A DNA stretch of 64,000 nucleotides from Callorhinchus milii (taxonomy: Eukaryota). Shown here in pieces: positions 50,901-64,000 of this stretch (the stretch's first letter is position 1; each line of letters begins with the position of its first letter). The stretch covers positions 30,258,001 to 30,322,000 of the forward strand of contig NW_024704742.1 of the NCBI RefSeq assembly GCF_018977255.1, in the 5' to 3' direction. A program made the position numbers and the translations under genes. The notes under the pieces were generated by a model. It did no database searches and had not been told where the DNA came from. It saw only the letters and a list, made by a program, of their open reading frames with translations.

Positions 50901-53900
50901 ATTTTACAGCTAGTCTAATATTCCCTCCTCTTTTGGAGGGAAACACAATGTGATTGAAGGGACATAACTGGTTTGGGAAAGCGATATGTGCAGGGATCTT
51001 TGCCAATTCACACTCAAACTGCATCAGTCACATTTGACATCTGAACTCTATTGACCCCCGACTGTCCAGTGCCTTGGGACGTCCTCCCGAAGTGAAAGGC
51101 GCACTATAAATGTAATTTGTTATTGTATGTCGGTGCACCAGGTTACCTCAGTTACAGCAGTCAGGTATGTGTGAGAAAACTTGATAATGAAAATCCTTAC
51201 ATTGGCACAGTGTTTTTCATTTCAGGAGGATATACTGTAAAGTGTAGTGACTGTGTTGTTTGTTAGAGAATATCTTTGCTTCATCCTATGGATGAGAAAC
51301 TAAATGAAGGAACAGTTTGTTCGGGTGGATGTTAAAGATCCCATGGCACTATTCGAAAAGAGATGGGGGTTTCTCCTGGTGTCCTGGCCAACAATCCCCC
51401 AAATAAATAAATTGGTCACTCAATCCAGTACTGACAGTGATATCTGTGTGAAGGGTGCTATGTAAATGAAACTTGCTGTTGTTTTGTTGTTATATAACTC
51501 ATTTTTTGCCACACACAATTTTTCCCAACTAGTACCTCAAACTCCAATTACCCGCCTCATATCCCTGACTTAATAAATATCTATCACCTTCAGTCTTGAA
51601 AATGTGAATTGATCTATTATTCACAGCCCTTTGGGGGAGAGAGTTCCAGATTTCCACTATACTTTGGGTGAAAAACTGCCTCCCTGATTTTGTTGATTTA
51701 TATCCTGTACATATATGTTTCAATAAACATATACTGGTACGGGGCATTAGACTTGGACCTTGAGAACATCCTCCCACCACCTTCGGATGAAAAGTTAAGC
51801 TGATGTCCTGTGTCTGCCTATTTAGGTTAACATTAAACATCCCATGGTAATGTTCAAAAAGAGAAGGGAGTTTCTCCTGCTGTCCTGGCCAATAATCCCC
51901 CAGATTAAAAAAACAAACGAGTCATTCATTTCATAGCTGTTTGTGGGACATTGCTATATGCAAATTGGCTGCCAGGTTGGCCTACAGGTGGTACACAGTC
52001 ACCCCGCTTTATAGTAAATCCCGTGAAGGCACTCTTTCAAATGCTATTATTATTATAATTTCTGATTTTATGTTTTGGGCCTACCCTACAGTTTAATTTC
52101 CCATTAAGTAAATATAAAACATCCTTCCTTAGACGTTTTGTCTGCTTGAAAAAGTTCCCCATTTATCTATATCAGGTATCTTAAAGTGCTCTGGGATGCT
52201 ACCCTGTGCGAAGGGTGCTATATAAATGAAAGTTGTTGTTTTTATATAACTCATTTTCTGCCGCACACAACTTTTCCCAATTAGTCACTAAGATTAACAG
52301 TCCCTTGCCTCCTTCAAGACCTGTCTCAAGACCCTCCCCTTTGATGGTGCCTTCGGCCACCCTCCTTACCCCCCTGCCCTCCACCCTCCCCGATCCCAAC
52401 TCCCAGCTTGGTCTGAAACGCTGATTGACCAGCGCATTGGGTCATCCTCCTGATGTGAAAGACTCTATACAAATGTAATTTTGTTGTTGTTGTTGCCTTT
52501 TCAAGTGCATGCTGTGACAGTGAGTAGTAGAATTGTATCACTGTACTCTGATGTTCAGTGTTACTGTGCTTTCTTTTAATAGCATGAATAAAAAATAAAA
52601 ATGGTTTAAAAAGGGAATTGTCAAAACAAATTTAAAGTGTCTAAAATGAAAAGCAACAAGATGGGAGAATGATTTGCTGGGGACAGAAGGTTAATAAAGA
52701 GTTAATGTGTTTGGCATAGACAGGGTATTAAAGCACAAGTGGGTTCTACTGCACAGAAAACAGTGCTTTGGACTTGCAGGAATTGAAGGAATGGAGCATG
52801 TATCTGTGCGCACAGAGAAAATAAATAGTAATGCAACAGTCATTGAAGAATTGTCATGGATTTCTAGGTGGACCCTTCAGTGTGGTGCTGGTGGAGTGCT
52901 GCACTGCCGGAGGTGCCGACCTTTGGATGAAACTTTAAACTATGTTTAGGTGTACAAGATTCCATTTGAAAGAGTATCTCCTGGTGGTCTGGCCAAATTT
53001 CCTCAGGATAAATTGGTTGCTTATTTTCATTGTTGGTTGTGGGACATTGCTCTGGGCAAAACTGGCTACTGCTTTCACCTAATAATACCCAGTCACTAAA
53101 CTTCACAGAAATGGTTTCGAATGTTCTCGATGTTGGAGGTGCTGTATCAAATGCAGGAATTACAATTATTATTATTATTCAGAAGAAGAATTGGACTGTT
53201 CAAATATTCATAAGTCAACAGACTCAGATGGAAAGTATCTAATAATATGTAACGAAAGTGAGGGGCTGATGTTGAAAATGTTTACAAGGGTAATACCAGA
53301 AGATTGGAAATTACCAAATTTTACATTCTTGTGATAAAAGGTCAGAAAGTAACTTTCTGGGAATAATAGACCTATTACTCTTAAATTGACAGTTTGAAGA
53401 TATGAAAGTATTAACATGATGCATTTATCGAAAGAGGGAACATTTCCTGAAACTAGCAGGGAGTGAGTTTCTCTCTCTGTTTGGGAGATTCTCAGAGGGA
53501 GAGAGAGAGAGACAGATAGAGACAGAGTCTAATGCTTGATACTGGAGGAGAGATGCCTGCAGAGTATGTCCTTAAGGCTGGAGGAAATTATTTTATCTGA
53601 TAATCTCTGAAGATGGCAAATAGAGAATGTTTGTAGACAATACAGTTTTATGAGAAAAGTTCAGAAGGCAGATTCAGGAATAGAAGTCTTGTTTTTTTTG
53701 GCATGAGTCCAGCTATATATACTTCTGTATTCTCCATTGAATGCATGTTAGCCTCTATTGACCATTTGAATGTTGAGCTTATAAAATAATACAATTTAAG
53801 GTTAAACTAATCTGTTTCAGTTCATAGTCAAATACGTTTGGAATGCATTCAATTGTAGCAAAAGCCTGACGCTAACATCTTCATATTAAGCTGTTGTTGT

Positions 53901-54509
53901 TGTTAACTGAATAACCGCAGATCAAACTAGATTTTTTTCATTATTAAAGTGGCAAAGTTTTCACTGCCGGTTTCATATACAACTGAGACATTAAACTGAG
54001 GTCCCACCTGCCTGTCAGGTGGATTGATAAAGATACTAGTGCACTATTCAAAAAGAGAAGGGAGCTTCTCCTGGTGTCCTGGCCAACAATCCCCCAAGTA
54101 AAATTGGCCATTCACTTTATGGCTTGTTTTCTGGGACATTGCTTTGTGTAAATTGGCTGTCATGTTTCTTACAAATATAAGGCCCCTACACTTTATAGTA
54201 AAATCCTGTGAAACGCTTTGAAACATCTTTTTTTTGATGACATGATATATCTTTCCAGTGTCTGCCTAATACAGATACATGATGTAACTTACAGTCAACT
54301 AAAACAATAACATCATTAATAGTAATTGCCTTTTTGTAATTGAAACTTTTATCAATAGTTACGCAATAAACACGAATAAAGGTCTTATCAGACAAAACAT
54401 TTGGGAAAGTTAAAATTGGCACATTGGGGGATGGGAGGGAGTTTAAATTGTAATAAGAGGTACCAACTCAACAGTGACTCTGACTCACAAACAGCGACCA
54501 TAAACAACG

Positions 54510-55190
54510 AAAGCAATAAAATTATATTTATATAGCACCTTTCAAATCGGGAGGATGCCCCAAGGTTCTGGACAATCAGTGTTTTGGACCCTGGGGGTTG
54601 GGATTGGGGAGGGTGGAGGGCAGTGGGGATATGGAGTGTGATCGAAAGCACAGTCGAACAGCAGGGTCTTGAGATGGGTCTTGAAGAAGGCAATGGAGGA
54701 GGTGAGGTGGAGGAACTGTGGGATGGAGTTCCAGAGGTTGGGGGCAAAGTGGCAAAAGGCCTGTCCGCCCACCAATGGTGGGGTTGGCAAAACAGGGGAT
54801 ATGAAGCAAGCCGGAGACCGCTGAGTGGAGTGAGCGGGCAGATTGGTCGGGGGTTAGGAGGTCACAGAGTTAGGGGGGAACAAGGCCATGAAGGGCTTTG
54901 AAGGTGAGGACCAGGATCTTGAACTGTATCCTCTGTGTGATGGGAAGCCAGTGGAGTTGGGCGAGGATGGAGGTGATAGGGTCACGGAGTCTGGTGTGGG
55001 AAATGACATCGGCTGCAGAGTTCTGGAGCGGGAGTGGGTGAAGCAAAGGTCGAAGTTGCCTAGGATGAGGAGGCATTTGGAGCAGAGGTTTTGGTGAGGG
55101 TGAGAATGTCGATGCTTTCGTTGACAATGAGGTCTTGGATGGTGAGTGTTTTATTGGCGAGGGAACGGAAACTTTGTAGGCTGATGCAGA
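54510..55190 (-). mobile_element. Internally deleted L2: APE N-terminus joined to the 3' end
   Basis: The - strand of 55090-55190 encodes an ISLQ..RSLANK..IQDLIV..IDIL-like segment, joined directly to LQNSAA..LHWLPI and the tail. Confidence 0.75.
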
Positions 55191-55491
55191 GAGTGACAGA
55201 ATGTGAGGGACGAGGTGCCCCACATTCACAAAGTGCTTCATGTGCGCAACCTTTGTCATTGAGTTCTATGCATCCGAAACTTCTTCCATCCGGCAGAAGT
55301 CTCCGACACCTCCGCGCTACATTGGTTAAGCCCAGTCTGAAACAACGTTATGTTATTTGTTACACGGTTGAACCAATGTGCTGTTGGCAACCCACATGGA
55401 ATGCTTTTCAGCAATCTCCAGCAATCAGCGATCTCCACATTTCCGAGCCATGTAGAAGCACCAACATCACGCAGGCCCTGTAAATACACAG

Positions 55492-56633
55492 TGTATAAGA
55501 ATCATTAGTATTGATCATGTAGTGAATAGATGAATTAAGGAGAATGAATTAAAGAAATAAAAACTGCCATGTCACACACACATACACACACACACAGTCC
55601 TAGTAAAGCAGCACCGAGCTAGGAGGTGTACACTGGAATGCGACCCATGGCCAGGGAAGAAAGGATGGTCGGACATTTGCGCTTACAAGGGCATGTGACC
55701 TATGGGCAGGAGAGATAGGAACCTGAGATAATTGGACCAGGAGAATGGATGGGATACAAACTAGCAATTAAAACTGAGAAAAAGCTTAAAGTGAGCAGGT
55801 CACGTGGACAGAGTTAGAAAGAAGGACTGAAACTTCAGGGACATGGAATCAGCAGGTGGTTTGGTCAGGCTAGGTAAGATGGAATAGGAGGAGTATTGTT
55901 CTTTTGCAGAAGATACCCTAGCTGGCACAAGGAGAAACAACTTGAAGATAGGGAAAGAATGCCTGGGAAAAGTGCAGATAGTGGGAAAGAAGTCATGTAA
56001 AAAAAAGTTAGAATGCAGATGGCTGGCGAAAAAGGGGATAAAAATCGATAGCCAAAACTATTTTTTTTGGAGCCTCTGAGGAGAGGAAGGGGACAAATCT
56101 CTACGGAGAGGAAGAAGAGGGAAAGAGGACAAGTCCAGCTCTCGCCAGAGTGGACTGCAAAGAGGACAAGTTCAGCCCTTGCTGGAGTGGACCACCAGGA
56201 TACGTTTGCAGCTTGAAGCAATCTATAGACGTTTGCAGCCAGCAGCAGACCAGAGACATTTGCAGCCAGCAGCACACCAGAGACAGTGTTTAACTTTTGT
56301 GCCAGCCTTAGAACTTTGTCACAATTTCCTGCCTGCTTGGTAGTATCTCTCCTACTTACTAAAATACGCACCCAACATACATACAAAACAGTTAGAGATT
56401 GTTCAGCGACATATCATGTATCACATAATTTTTTTTGATATGTTTAGAATTTTAGTATTGAATCTTGTTAAGATAGTGCTTTAGTAATGTATCTTGTTAA
56501 GATAGTGCTTTAGTAGTCATTTAAGTGCGGCAAGTAATGATAATGCGTCGGGTGTAATGTGATACTTATGCTTGTGTGGTTTTACAATTGCGAATAACAC
56601 GTTTTAATAATATCCTTGGTGTGGTTTCTGACA
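55492..56633. mobile_element. Possible solo LTR
   Basis: TGT...ACA termini, internal ~27-bp repeats (about 56200-56285) and a 29-bp-period tandem duplication (56462-56515); no clear TSD. Confidence 0.3.
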
Positions 56634-56639
56634 AATGCT

Positions 56640-57450
56640 TGAACCCAATTTCACAACAGCTTCATAGCCAGGAACAGGCATTGCCTCCAGACCAATCAAG
56701 CTGGTTCATCCCCGAGCTTGCCGTGCCAACTCATCTGCAGATGCCTTGTCCACAATAAGCCGAGGGGTCGATGTGGCATTCTAAGTTTGTGAACCTCTAC
56801 ACCGATTCGACTGTCTCAACAGTGAACGTTATAGAAGCAGATGTGTATCCAACAGCGAAGTTTTAGATCCCTCGTCTTGGTCCACGATAGCACAGCCCCA
56901 TGGAGACAGCTGCCTTTTCAAAGTGCTTCAGCATCACTGGCCACTCGCTGGGTCATCAGTGACATCAGCGTAGATGAGGTCCGTAAACCTCTCACCAAGA
57001 AGTACACCAAGCTAGTTGGAGCTTCAGGTCTGACCTGGAATTTAAGTCCGAGAATTGGGCAGCGGTGGCATTTGAAGCTTTTCAACACTTTGGTCGCCTT
57101 GTTGGTGAAGTGAGAAGCCATCACAATCAGCAATGTTCTGAGTGACCAAGTAACTCTTACAGGGATGGCACTTCTTGCCCCAATGCAGGGAGGGGGCCTA
57201 GAAAAGATGGCCTAAACATTGCTTGCCTCATTTCTGAGGTCAGACTTGGTCAGACCGAATCTGACAGGTTGTCTCATCCCTCGGCCAAAACTCACGCAAG
57301 TATTCATCACTGACCACTGATAATTTGGATTTAAGAAGCTCACCCGTGTTGTCACTTGGAATGTCCTGACTCTGGCACATTTGAGCCACCCTGAGGCTGT
57401 GGGTGTGAGATGGCACAGTATCGGGTGTAAATTGCCGGTCAACAGTGAGT
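56640..57450 (+). mobile_element. Probable RTE-clade LINE 5' remnant
   Basis: KKLTRVVTWNVLTL at about 57333-57374 matches the TWNVRTL APE start motif of RTE elements. Confidence 0.45.
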
Positions 57451-58229
57451 CAAGGCCCTGTCAGAATCTAGAGACTTATTGTTAAGCTGAGATCCTGTGT
57501 CGACCGGTACCTTGGACTGTTACCTCTGTGGTTTGTTGTTATTTACTGATAAGAGGTGACCCCCTGCCCATTTCCAAAGCTGTCTTGTTATTCCTTTAGA
57601 AACAGAGAAAACCAGATGTGTCCTATCTCATGACCGTCAGTATTTTCTCCATTCTACATTTGTTTAATGTTTCATTATTATTAGACTATAACTTCTATAA
57701 TCTAACACCTGATATTGTGGTGTTCTGTATTCAACAGATTGATGAGGCATGCCAAACTGAGGAGCCGACATGATGCTCTGATAGTGATTGAGACGCTGTC
57801 TGGCGTGGAGGGCGCTATATAAATCCAAGTTGTTGATGTTGCTGTTTGACACTCCTCATTCAGATACTGAGGAGGACTCGTTCAGTGCTCAGCTGGAGCT
57901 GCTCATTTTGTCTGCTCTGCTATGCAACTGTTTGTTAATCTGAACACCACATGCGGCTTGGAATATTTTGGCTTTGAAAGAATAATGATCAGTTTTGGCT
58001 CAGGCATGATGAATAACAAGCTCTCTCTGCATGCTATTTCTGTTTTCAGCTTATTGTCTCTCAGGTATGGGCTCTTGTTTCCAATAGAAGAACAACCACC
58101 GATTCAGATAGATATCTGAACCCAAGTATACGTACATATACTTTACATGAACCCAAGTATAAGAGGTCTAACTCCAAAGGTTGGAGAAAAAGAGGCAAAA
58201 AATGCTTATAAAGTAAATGGGAAAGGCAA

Positions 58230-61060
58230 AAAACAATGGAGTTGTACTTATATTAATGCCAGGAGTCTGACAAATAAGATGCGTGATCTGAAGAAAGAAA
58301 TCCAATCAATGGGATACACACCTGGAAGGTTATAAACTGTTTAGGAGGGACCATATCGATAGAAGAGAAGATGATGTGGCACTATACATAAGCGCCATTA
58401 TTGAGACACAAGTGAAGAGAATATAAAAAAGAAAAGGCCACACAGAATCATTCTGGGTAGTATTAAAAGATGGTAACAGAGGTAAATTATTACTGGGGGT
58501 ATGCTATAGACTCTCAAGCCAGGGTGAAAGCCTCGATCTAGAATTGTGGGATGAGATTTTAACTTGACAGAAATTGACTGGGATAATGATGTGTCTACAT
58601 GTAAAATAGGAAAGGGGGTTCTAGAGTTAAAGGAAAACTGTTTTATGACTCGGTTTATAAAAGAGCTAACAACAGGAGCTATGGTGAGCTTTATAAAAAA
58701 CAAAACTGACAAATTTCAAGAGGACTGACATTGTGCGCTTGAGAAGTCTTGTTGGAGTGGGCAGGCTTAGATATTAGGGAGTGGAGGAACTATGGAGTTC
58801 CTTCAAGGAGGTGATTAGGAGTAATGTGTACTCATGCAAAGCAAAGGTACCCAGCTTAAAGGTGCTCCTGCCTGGATGGACGGGGCTACAAAACAACGCA
58901 TAAAGGGGGGAAAAAAAGGCATTCAAGGCCATGAAGGAAAATGGCACAGAATTAATTCCGATTCGATACCAGAAGGCATACCAGGATTGTAAAAAAAAAG
59001 CCATCAGAATGGCAAAGAAACACTTTGAATTGAGCGTGGCAAGAGGTGTAAAGGATAATAACAAAATGTTGTTCAGTTACATTAAGAGAAAAAGGAAAAC
59101 AAGTGATGGAATAGGGCCACTGAAGGTGGGTTCAGGAGAGGACTTGACAAATAATGCTGCACAAGCTGCATGAGGGCTAAATACGTTTGTGCATCAGTTT
59201 TTACTAAGAACAAGATGGGTAACCTATCTGATCTGGGAAGAGAACTCAAAGATCCCGCAGAGGAAAGTTGCGACATTATTAATTTCACATCATTCCATGT
59301 TCAAATCGTATCATGTCTGCAGGGGCCTGCTAACACTAATCAGGGGTTGGTCCTGGCTGAAATCTGAAATAGAGTATAAAAGTAGGGAAGTGGTATTTAT
59401 TTTATATAAACCTTGGTTAGACCACATTTGGAGTACTGTGTGGGGTTGTGGTCACCATCCTACAGGAAGGGATATTGCAGCATTGGAGAGAGTGCAGTGT
59501 AAAATTACAAGTATATTACTAGTGACGAGTGGATACAGCTATCAAGAAAAATTGGGTAGGTTAGAGCAGTTCCAGAAAAACTGCAGCCCACGGATCGTTC
59601 CGGTTACTTGTCAAGTAACACACCTACCCACCTCAACATTCGCAGTAGTATAGATAAGTCTATGTTCCATCAGTAATGCATTTCAAGGTTTTTCTTGATT
59701 GAATATTTCTTGATTTATGGCATAAACCAAGAAATACAGGATAGGTTTAATCTTTAGCATCTGTGAAAGAATGTAATCCAGCCCAAGATCAGAGATTTGC
59801 AAAACTGAAAAATACTTAATTCTTGTGACATAAAGTCAGCAATGGCTTTATTTTCTCTTTCTGACTCTGAGTTTGAGTCAAAGACTGTTTGTCAAATATT
59901 AATGTCCTACACAATATCATTGGTGAATGAGTCACAAGAAAAAGCTGCAGCAGAGTAAAAGGGCACACATTTAAAAAAAGGTGAACGCCATTCAGGAACT
60001 TAACTGACTAAACAAATCCTGTTGGATTGATTATCTGCGCTAGAGCGTATCATACCTTTCCTCGCCTAGCTACACTGGCTCCACATTCCGCGGTGGTTTG
60101 AGTTCAAGATCCTTGTCCTCACCTTTAAATCCCTCCATAGTCTTGTGCCACATTACTTCTGCAACCTTCTCAAACATCACAAACCCAGCTGCTTCGGGGC
60201 AATTGCTTGCTTAACCCCACGACCCTGGTGATTGCGAATTATTAATTTCCTCAGAATTAACATATTTTGTTATAATGTACACAGAATGCACAAAAAACAA
60301 AATAATAGTAATAATCACTTATCATGCCATTGAGATATCTCAAAGGACTTCACAGGATATACTGTAAAGTGTAGTGATTGTGTTTATTATAATGTAAATT
60401 ATAGCAAAAAAAGTTTAATTTGCAAAAAATTCGCCCAATAAACTTAATTCATGATTGGAAATATATTTTCTAAAAACAAATGTAAATGAGAGGAGAGGAG
60501 ATGCCCATCTCTCAGCTGTATCTGTTCTGCTCTGTACCAGCTGTACCTGGAATACTCCACATAGTTCTAGTCAACGTGGCATAAGGAGGCTGCCCAGGCT
60601 ATAAAGGCAGTGCAGAGGAGAACACAAAGGTTAATTCCCAGTGTTAGAGGATTGAGTAATGTGGATTGATCAGCTAAGATAGGGCTTTTTAGCCTTCAAA
60701 TTAAAGTTCTTAGATAAGGCTTTACATAAGATAAAATATTGAATGGAATAGAAAAAGTAAACCCGCAACAATCTGTTCAGAGACATTGAGGCAACAGGCA
60801 ACAGTGCACAAGGGCACGTGTTCAGGGTTGTGAAAGGCAAATTTAGGACAGACACCAAGAAGTATTTCTTTACACAGACAGGAGTTAATGACTCTAACTG
60901 TTACCAGGAATGGTAGTAGAAGCCATGAGTCTGGAAGTCTGGATTCAGTTAAGAAACGGCTTCATCCTGAAATAGGAAAATGGTAGGGTGGGTAATCTGA
61001 AAAGATGAGATAAAATAAAACAAGACAAAGGACCTTCTTCCATATCTGTCTATTGATCAT
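58230..61060 (+). mobile_element. Highly decayed CR1 fragments (about 58230-59570 and 60490-61060)
   Basis: CTYINARSLTNK, LFSYIKRKRK..IGPLK, IEYKSREV, ALERVQ; 3' FRTDT-like region. Confidence 0.75.
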
Positions 61061-64000
61061 TTGTGAAGTAGTGATTTAAGAGTTGCAAGGACATGTTCCA
61101 GTGTATTGGCATTCATAGGTAGGATTCGCACTCCTTGTTAACCTAAAATCTGTTCATGTTATATTCACAGATGAATACAGATCTATCCATATACATGTAC
61201 ATGAACTACTTACTTTAAGATATAAATCTGCATAGGCAGCCTGCATCAGGTGTTCTTCTACCATAAATATATTGATCAGTGACCCTTCAATCATGTTTCA
61301 GGATCAAAATGCATACATCCTACAACAACAATGTGCATTTATATGTCATATGACTGCTAGAGTTAGACATCATGTCTTGGATGAGAGCTAACTTTCTTCA
61401 GTTGAACGTCAACAAGGCTCTCCTGATTGAAACCCGTCAGCTCCTCCACACCTCAGGCTCTGACAGTATCACCATCCATGGTTGCACACTCAACCTTGCT
61501 AAGTCAGTCCAGAACCTTGGCGTCTTGTTCGACACTCAACTACCTTTTCTACCCCACATTCGCGCCGTGACCCACTCTGCCTTCCCCCGGCTCTGACACT
61601 GTCTCACACCGCAGGCCGCCGAAACCCCCATACACGCCTTCATTACATCAAGGAACGACGATGCAAACTCACTGCTTGTCGGCTTCCCCAACTCCTCCTT
61701 CCACAGGCTGCAGATCATCCAGGACTCTGCAGCCCGTGTCCTCTCCCGCACCAGGCTCCGTGACCCTATCACCTCCATCCTTGCCCAACTCCACTGGCTT
61801 CCCATCACACAGAGGATACAGTTCAAGATCCTAGTCCTCACCCTCTATGGTCTTGCTCCTCCCTACCTCTCCGACCTCCTAACCCCCTACCATCCTGTTC
61901 ACTCCCTGCGCTCAGCAGGCTCTGGCCTGCTTCACGTTCCCTGCCTTGCTTGCCCCACTATCGGCGGGCGGGCCTTCTGCCACTCTGCACCCACCCTCTG
62001 GAACTCCATCCCACAGATCCTCCATCTCACCCCCTCCCTCGCTCCTTCAAAAACCACCTCAAGACCTTCCTCTTCGACCGTGCTTTTGATCTCCTTGCTT
62101 CCCCCTCCCCCTCAGCTCGGGTCCGAAACTCTGTCTGTCCAGCGCCTTGGGATGTCCTCCCAACGTGAAAAGTGGTATATAAATGTAATTTTATTGTTGC
62201 AGGGTGGTGAAAGTGAACTGGGTGGATCTTGGTTCTTCTTTTGCCTAGCAAATTCATATGTTCTTATGTTCTTATCCCATGGAATTATTGTTGAAGTTCC
62301 GCTTAACGTTTGCAATTTCTACTTTCACAAGATGTTTTCTGGAAGTTAGCTGTTTAAGTATTCTGACAAATTGCTAAGAATTGGAGGAAAACCACAAACT
62401 GCTGTCTTGCAGTTTCTGTTTTACTCAGGACTATTTTGCAAATCTTGAAACATAGAAGATGCTCGGAGAAGTCACAGAAGAGGACTTGGAAATTGATAAT
62501 ACTTGATTATTTGACATAGCGCCTTATCATGTATTTTGAGACATCTCGATCCGCTGAGACCAGGGTCCAGTAGTGACTGGGGTGATGAATATGTGGCATG
62601 TGGCGTTTGGTGCAATTGAGGATTCTGGTAACAGAGTTTTGAATGGTGGTCCAGCGAGGAGAGAAAGAGGGTATATCATTGGTGACTGTGATAAGGGCTG
62701 CCAATTTATTTTGTTGTGGGCAGGATGGAAGTTTAAAGGAAGGGGCTCAAGCAGGGAGTGGAGGGAATCAGCTTTTGTTTCCTTGCTTCCAGTGAGTGAT
62801 AACCAAATGTTCTTTGACATTTTTCACCATTGTAAACTGACAACCATAATGTATCGATGACATCTTAAAGCTTTTTCCCATTTGCTTGAGATATATGAGA
62901 TATATGTACATATATCTGAAGCCAGAAATTTATTTTGCATTGTTAATTTGGGGGGTTTCACTCACACAGCAAATGTGAGATATATTACTGTACTTCCCCA
63001 AGTGTGTACTAGTTATTTTGTACATAGGTTAATGCTTTGTCAGGAAATCAACTTAAGTTCTGTTACGGTAGCATCTAAAATACAAAGTTATATAATAATA
63101 TAACTTATATAATATAGCATTATATAATAATCCCTCAAGAAAAAAACAATAATAAATTGGTCACTTCAATCCACGACTGTTTGTGGGACACTGGTGTGCG
63201 CAATTTGACTGCCGCATTTCGCCCACAAATATACAGTCAATTCGCTTTACGGTATATTCTGTGAAGCACTTTGAGACGTCTAGAAGACGTGAAAAGCGCT
63301 ATAACAAATGCAAGGATTATTATTATTGTTAAACATGAGCAATGATCCCTTAAGTGACATACTGGAGGAGTACTCCAAGCCTATAGAATATGAGTTAGCA
63401 CCTTAAAGGAAGAGGCAAGAACACAGGAAATACGTCATCACATTTATTCCATACTCACTATTCCAGTTATTATGAGACTGATTGTGCCAATCAACACAGC
63501 CAATTATTGTACTTAATGCCACACCCACATTCACTCTAAATATTCAATCTACTTTTCAAAACAAATCACAAATTACTGAATATATATTGTGCATATATAA
63601 CAGTTTTGGTTGACCAAAAAAGTAATCATACAAGTAACAAAATAGTGTAGATTTTTGCCATTAATCGAGAAATATTCAAATCAAGAAACATTTATTCTGT
63701 TGGCCAACCAAAGAGGATTCCATTCTTCTGCATTCCTCTTCACTACTTACCATGCCTCCCAGTTCAGTGTCATCTGACAATGTTGACACCACACCTGCTA
63801 TAACTCGATCCAAATCATGTATCATGTCTTCAACACACCTCAGAGCAATTCTTGAGATTTTACTGTCACGTGTAAATGATAGTGATAGTGATAGTAAATG
63901 ATAAATGATAGTCACACAAATGTCACACAAATGTCACACAAATTAAGTGAATGACCAACTTTACCTGGGGGATTATTGACCAGGATATTCTTGCAAAGTA

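Noticed and set aside
56841..57442. Endogenous viral or integrase ORFs
   Set aside because: The ORFs are short with no viral motifs. The only recognisable motif is the RTE-type TWNV.TL on the + strand.
57600..57775. Possible IL15 signal-peptide exon (KQRKPDVSYL...)
   Set aside because: There is only a vague resemblance, no good donor, and no mature IL15 exons (LYT, CF..EL, C..CE motifs) were found in the window. tBLASTn with shark IL-15 would settle it.

Overview
This is vertebrate genomic DNA, most likely from a cartilaginous fish. The SINE/L2/CR1 repertoire with (TTA)n and (GTT)n tails resembles a holocephalan/elephant-shark type genome, but the species is an inference. One protein-coding gene is supportable: ZNF330/NOA36 on the + strand, with 9 GT-AG coding exons from 8441 to 20200 encoding 322 aa, behind a CpG-island promoter at about 7.3-8.6 kb. 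The rest is intronic or intergenic DNA full of decayed CR1 and L2 LINEs, tRNA-derived Deu-domain SINEs sharing the L2 3' tail, ancient SINEs and small MITEs. Almost all ORFs in the track are repeat artefacts, and I found no convincing novel protein-coding system. The notable signals are non-coding: (1) a 1.57-kb CAGGA/CAGCA/CAGCT pentamer array starting 16 nt into the intron after the first coding exon, with Ig-switch-like AGCT motifs, dense DRACH motifs and an open in-frame read-through; (2) a ~270-bp inverted duplication inside a ZNF330 intron; (3) strong AT-to-GC rewriting of repeats at the promoter; (4) an unclassified dispersed element, one copy of which supplies a kB site to the promoter; (5) an orphan TATA-in-hairpin core promoter at 43.8 kb; (6) several locally templated insertions and a twin-primed SINE.
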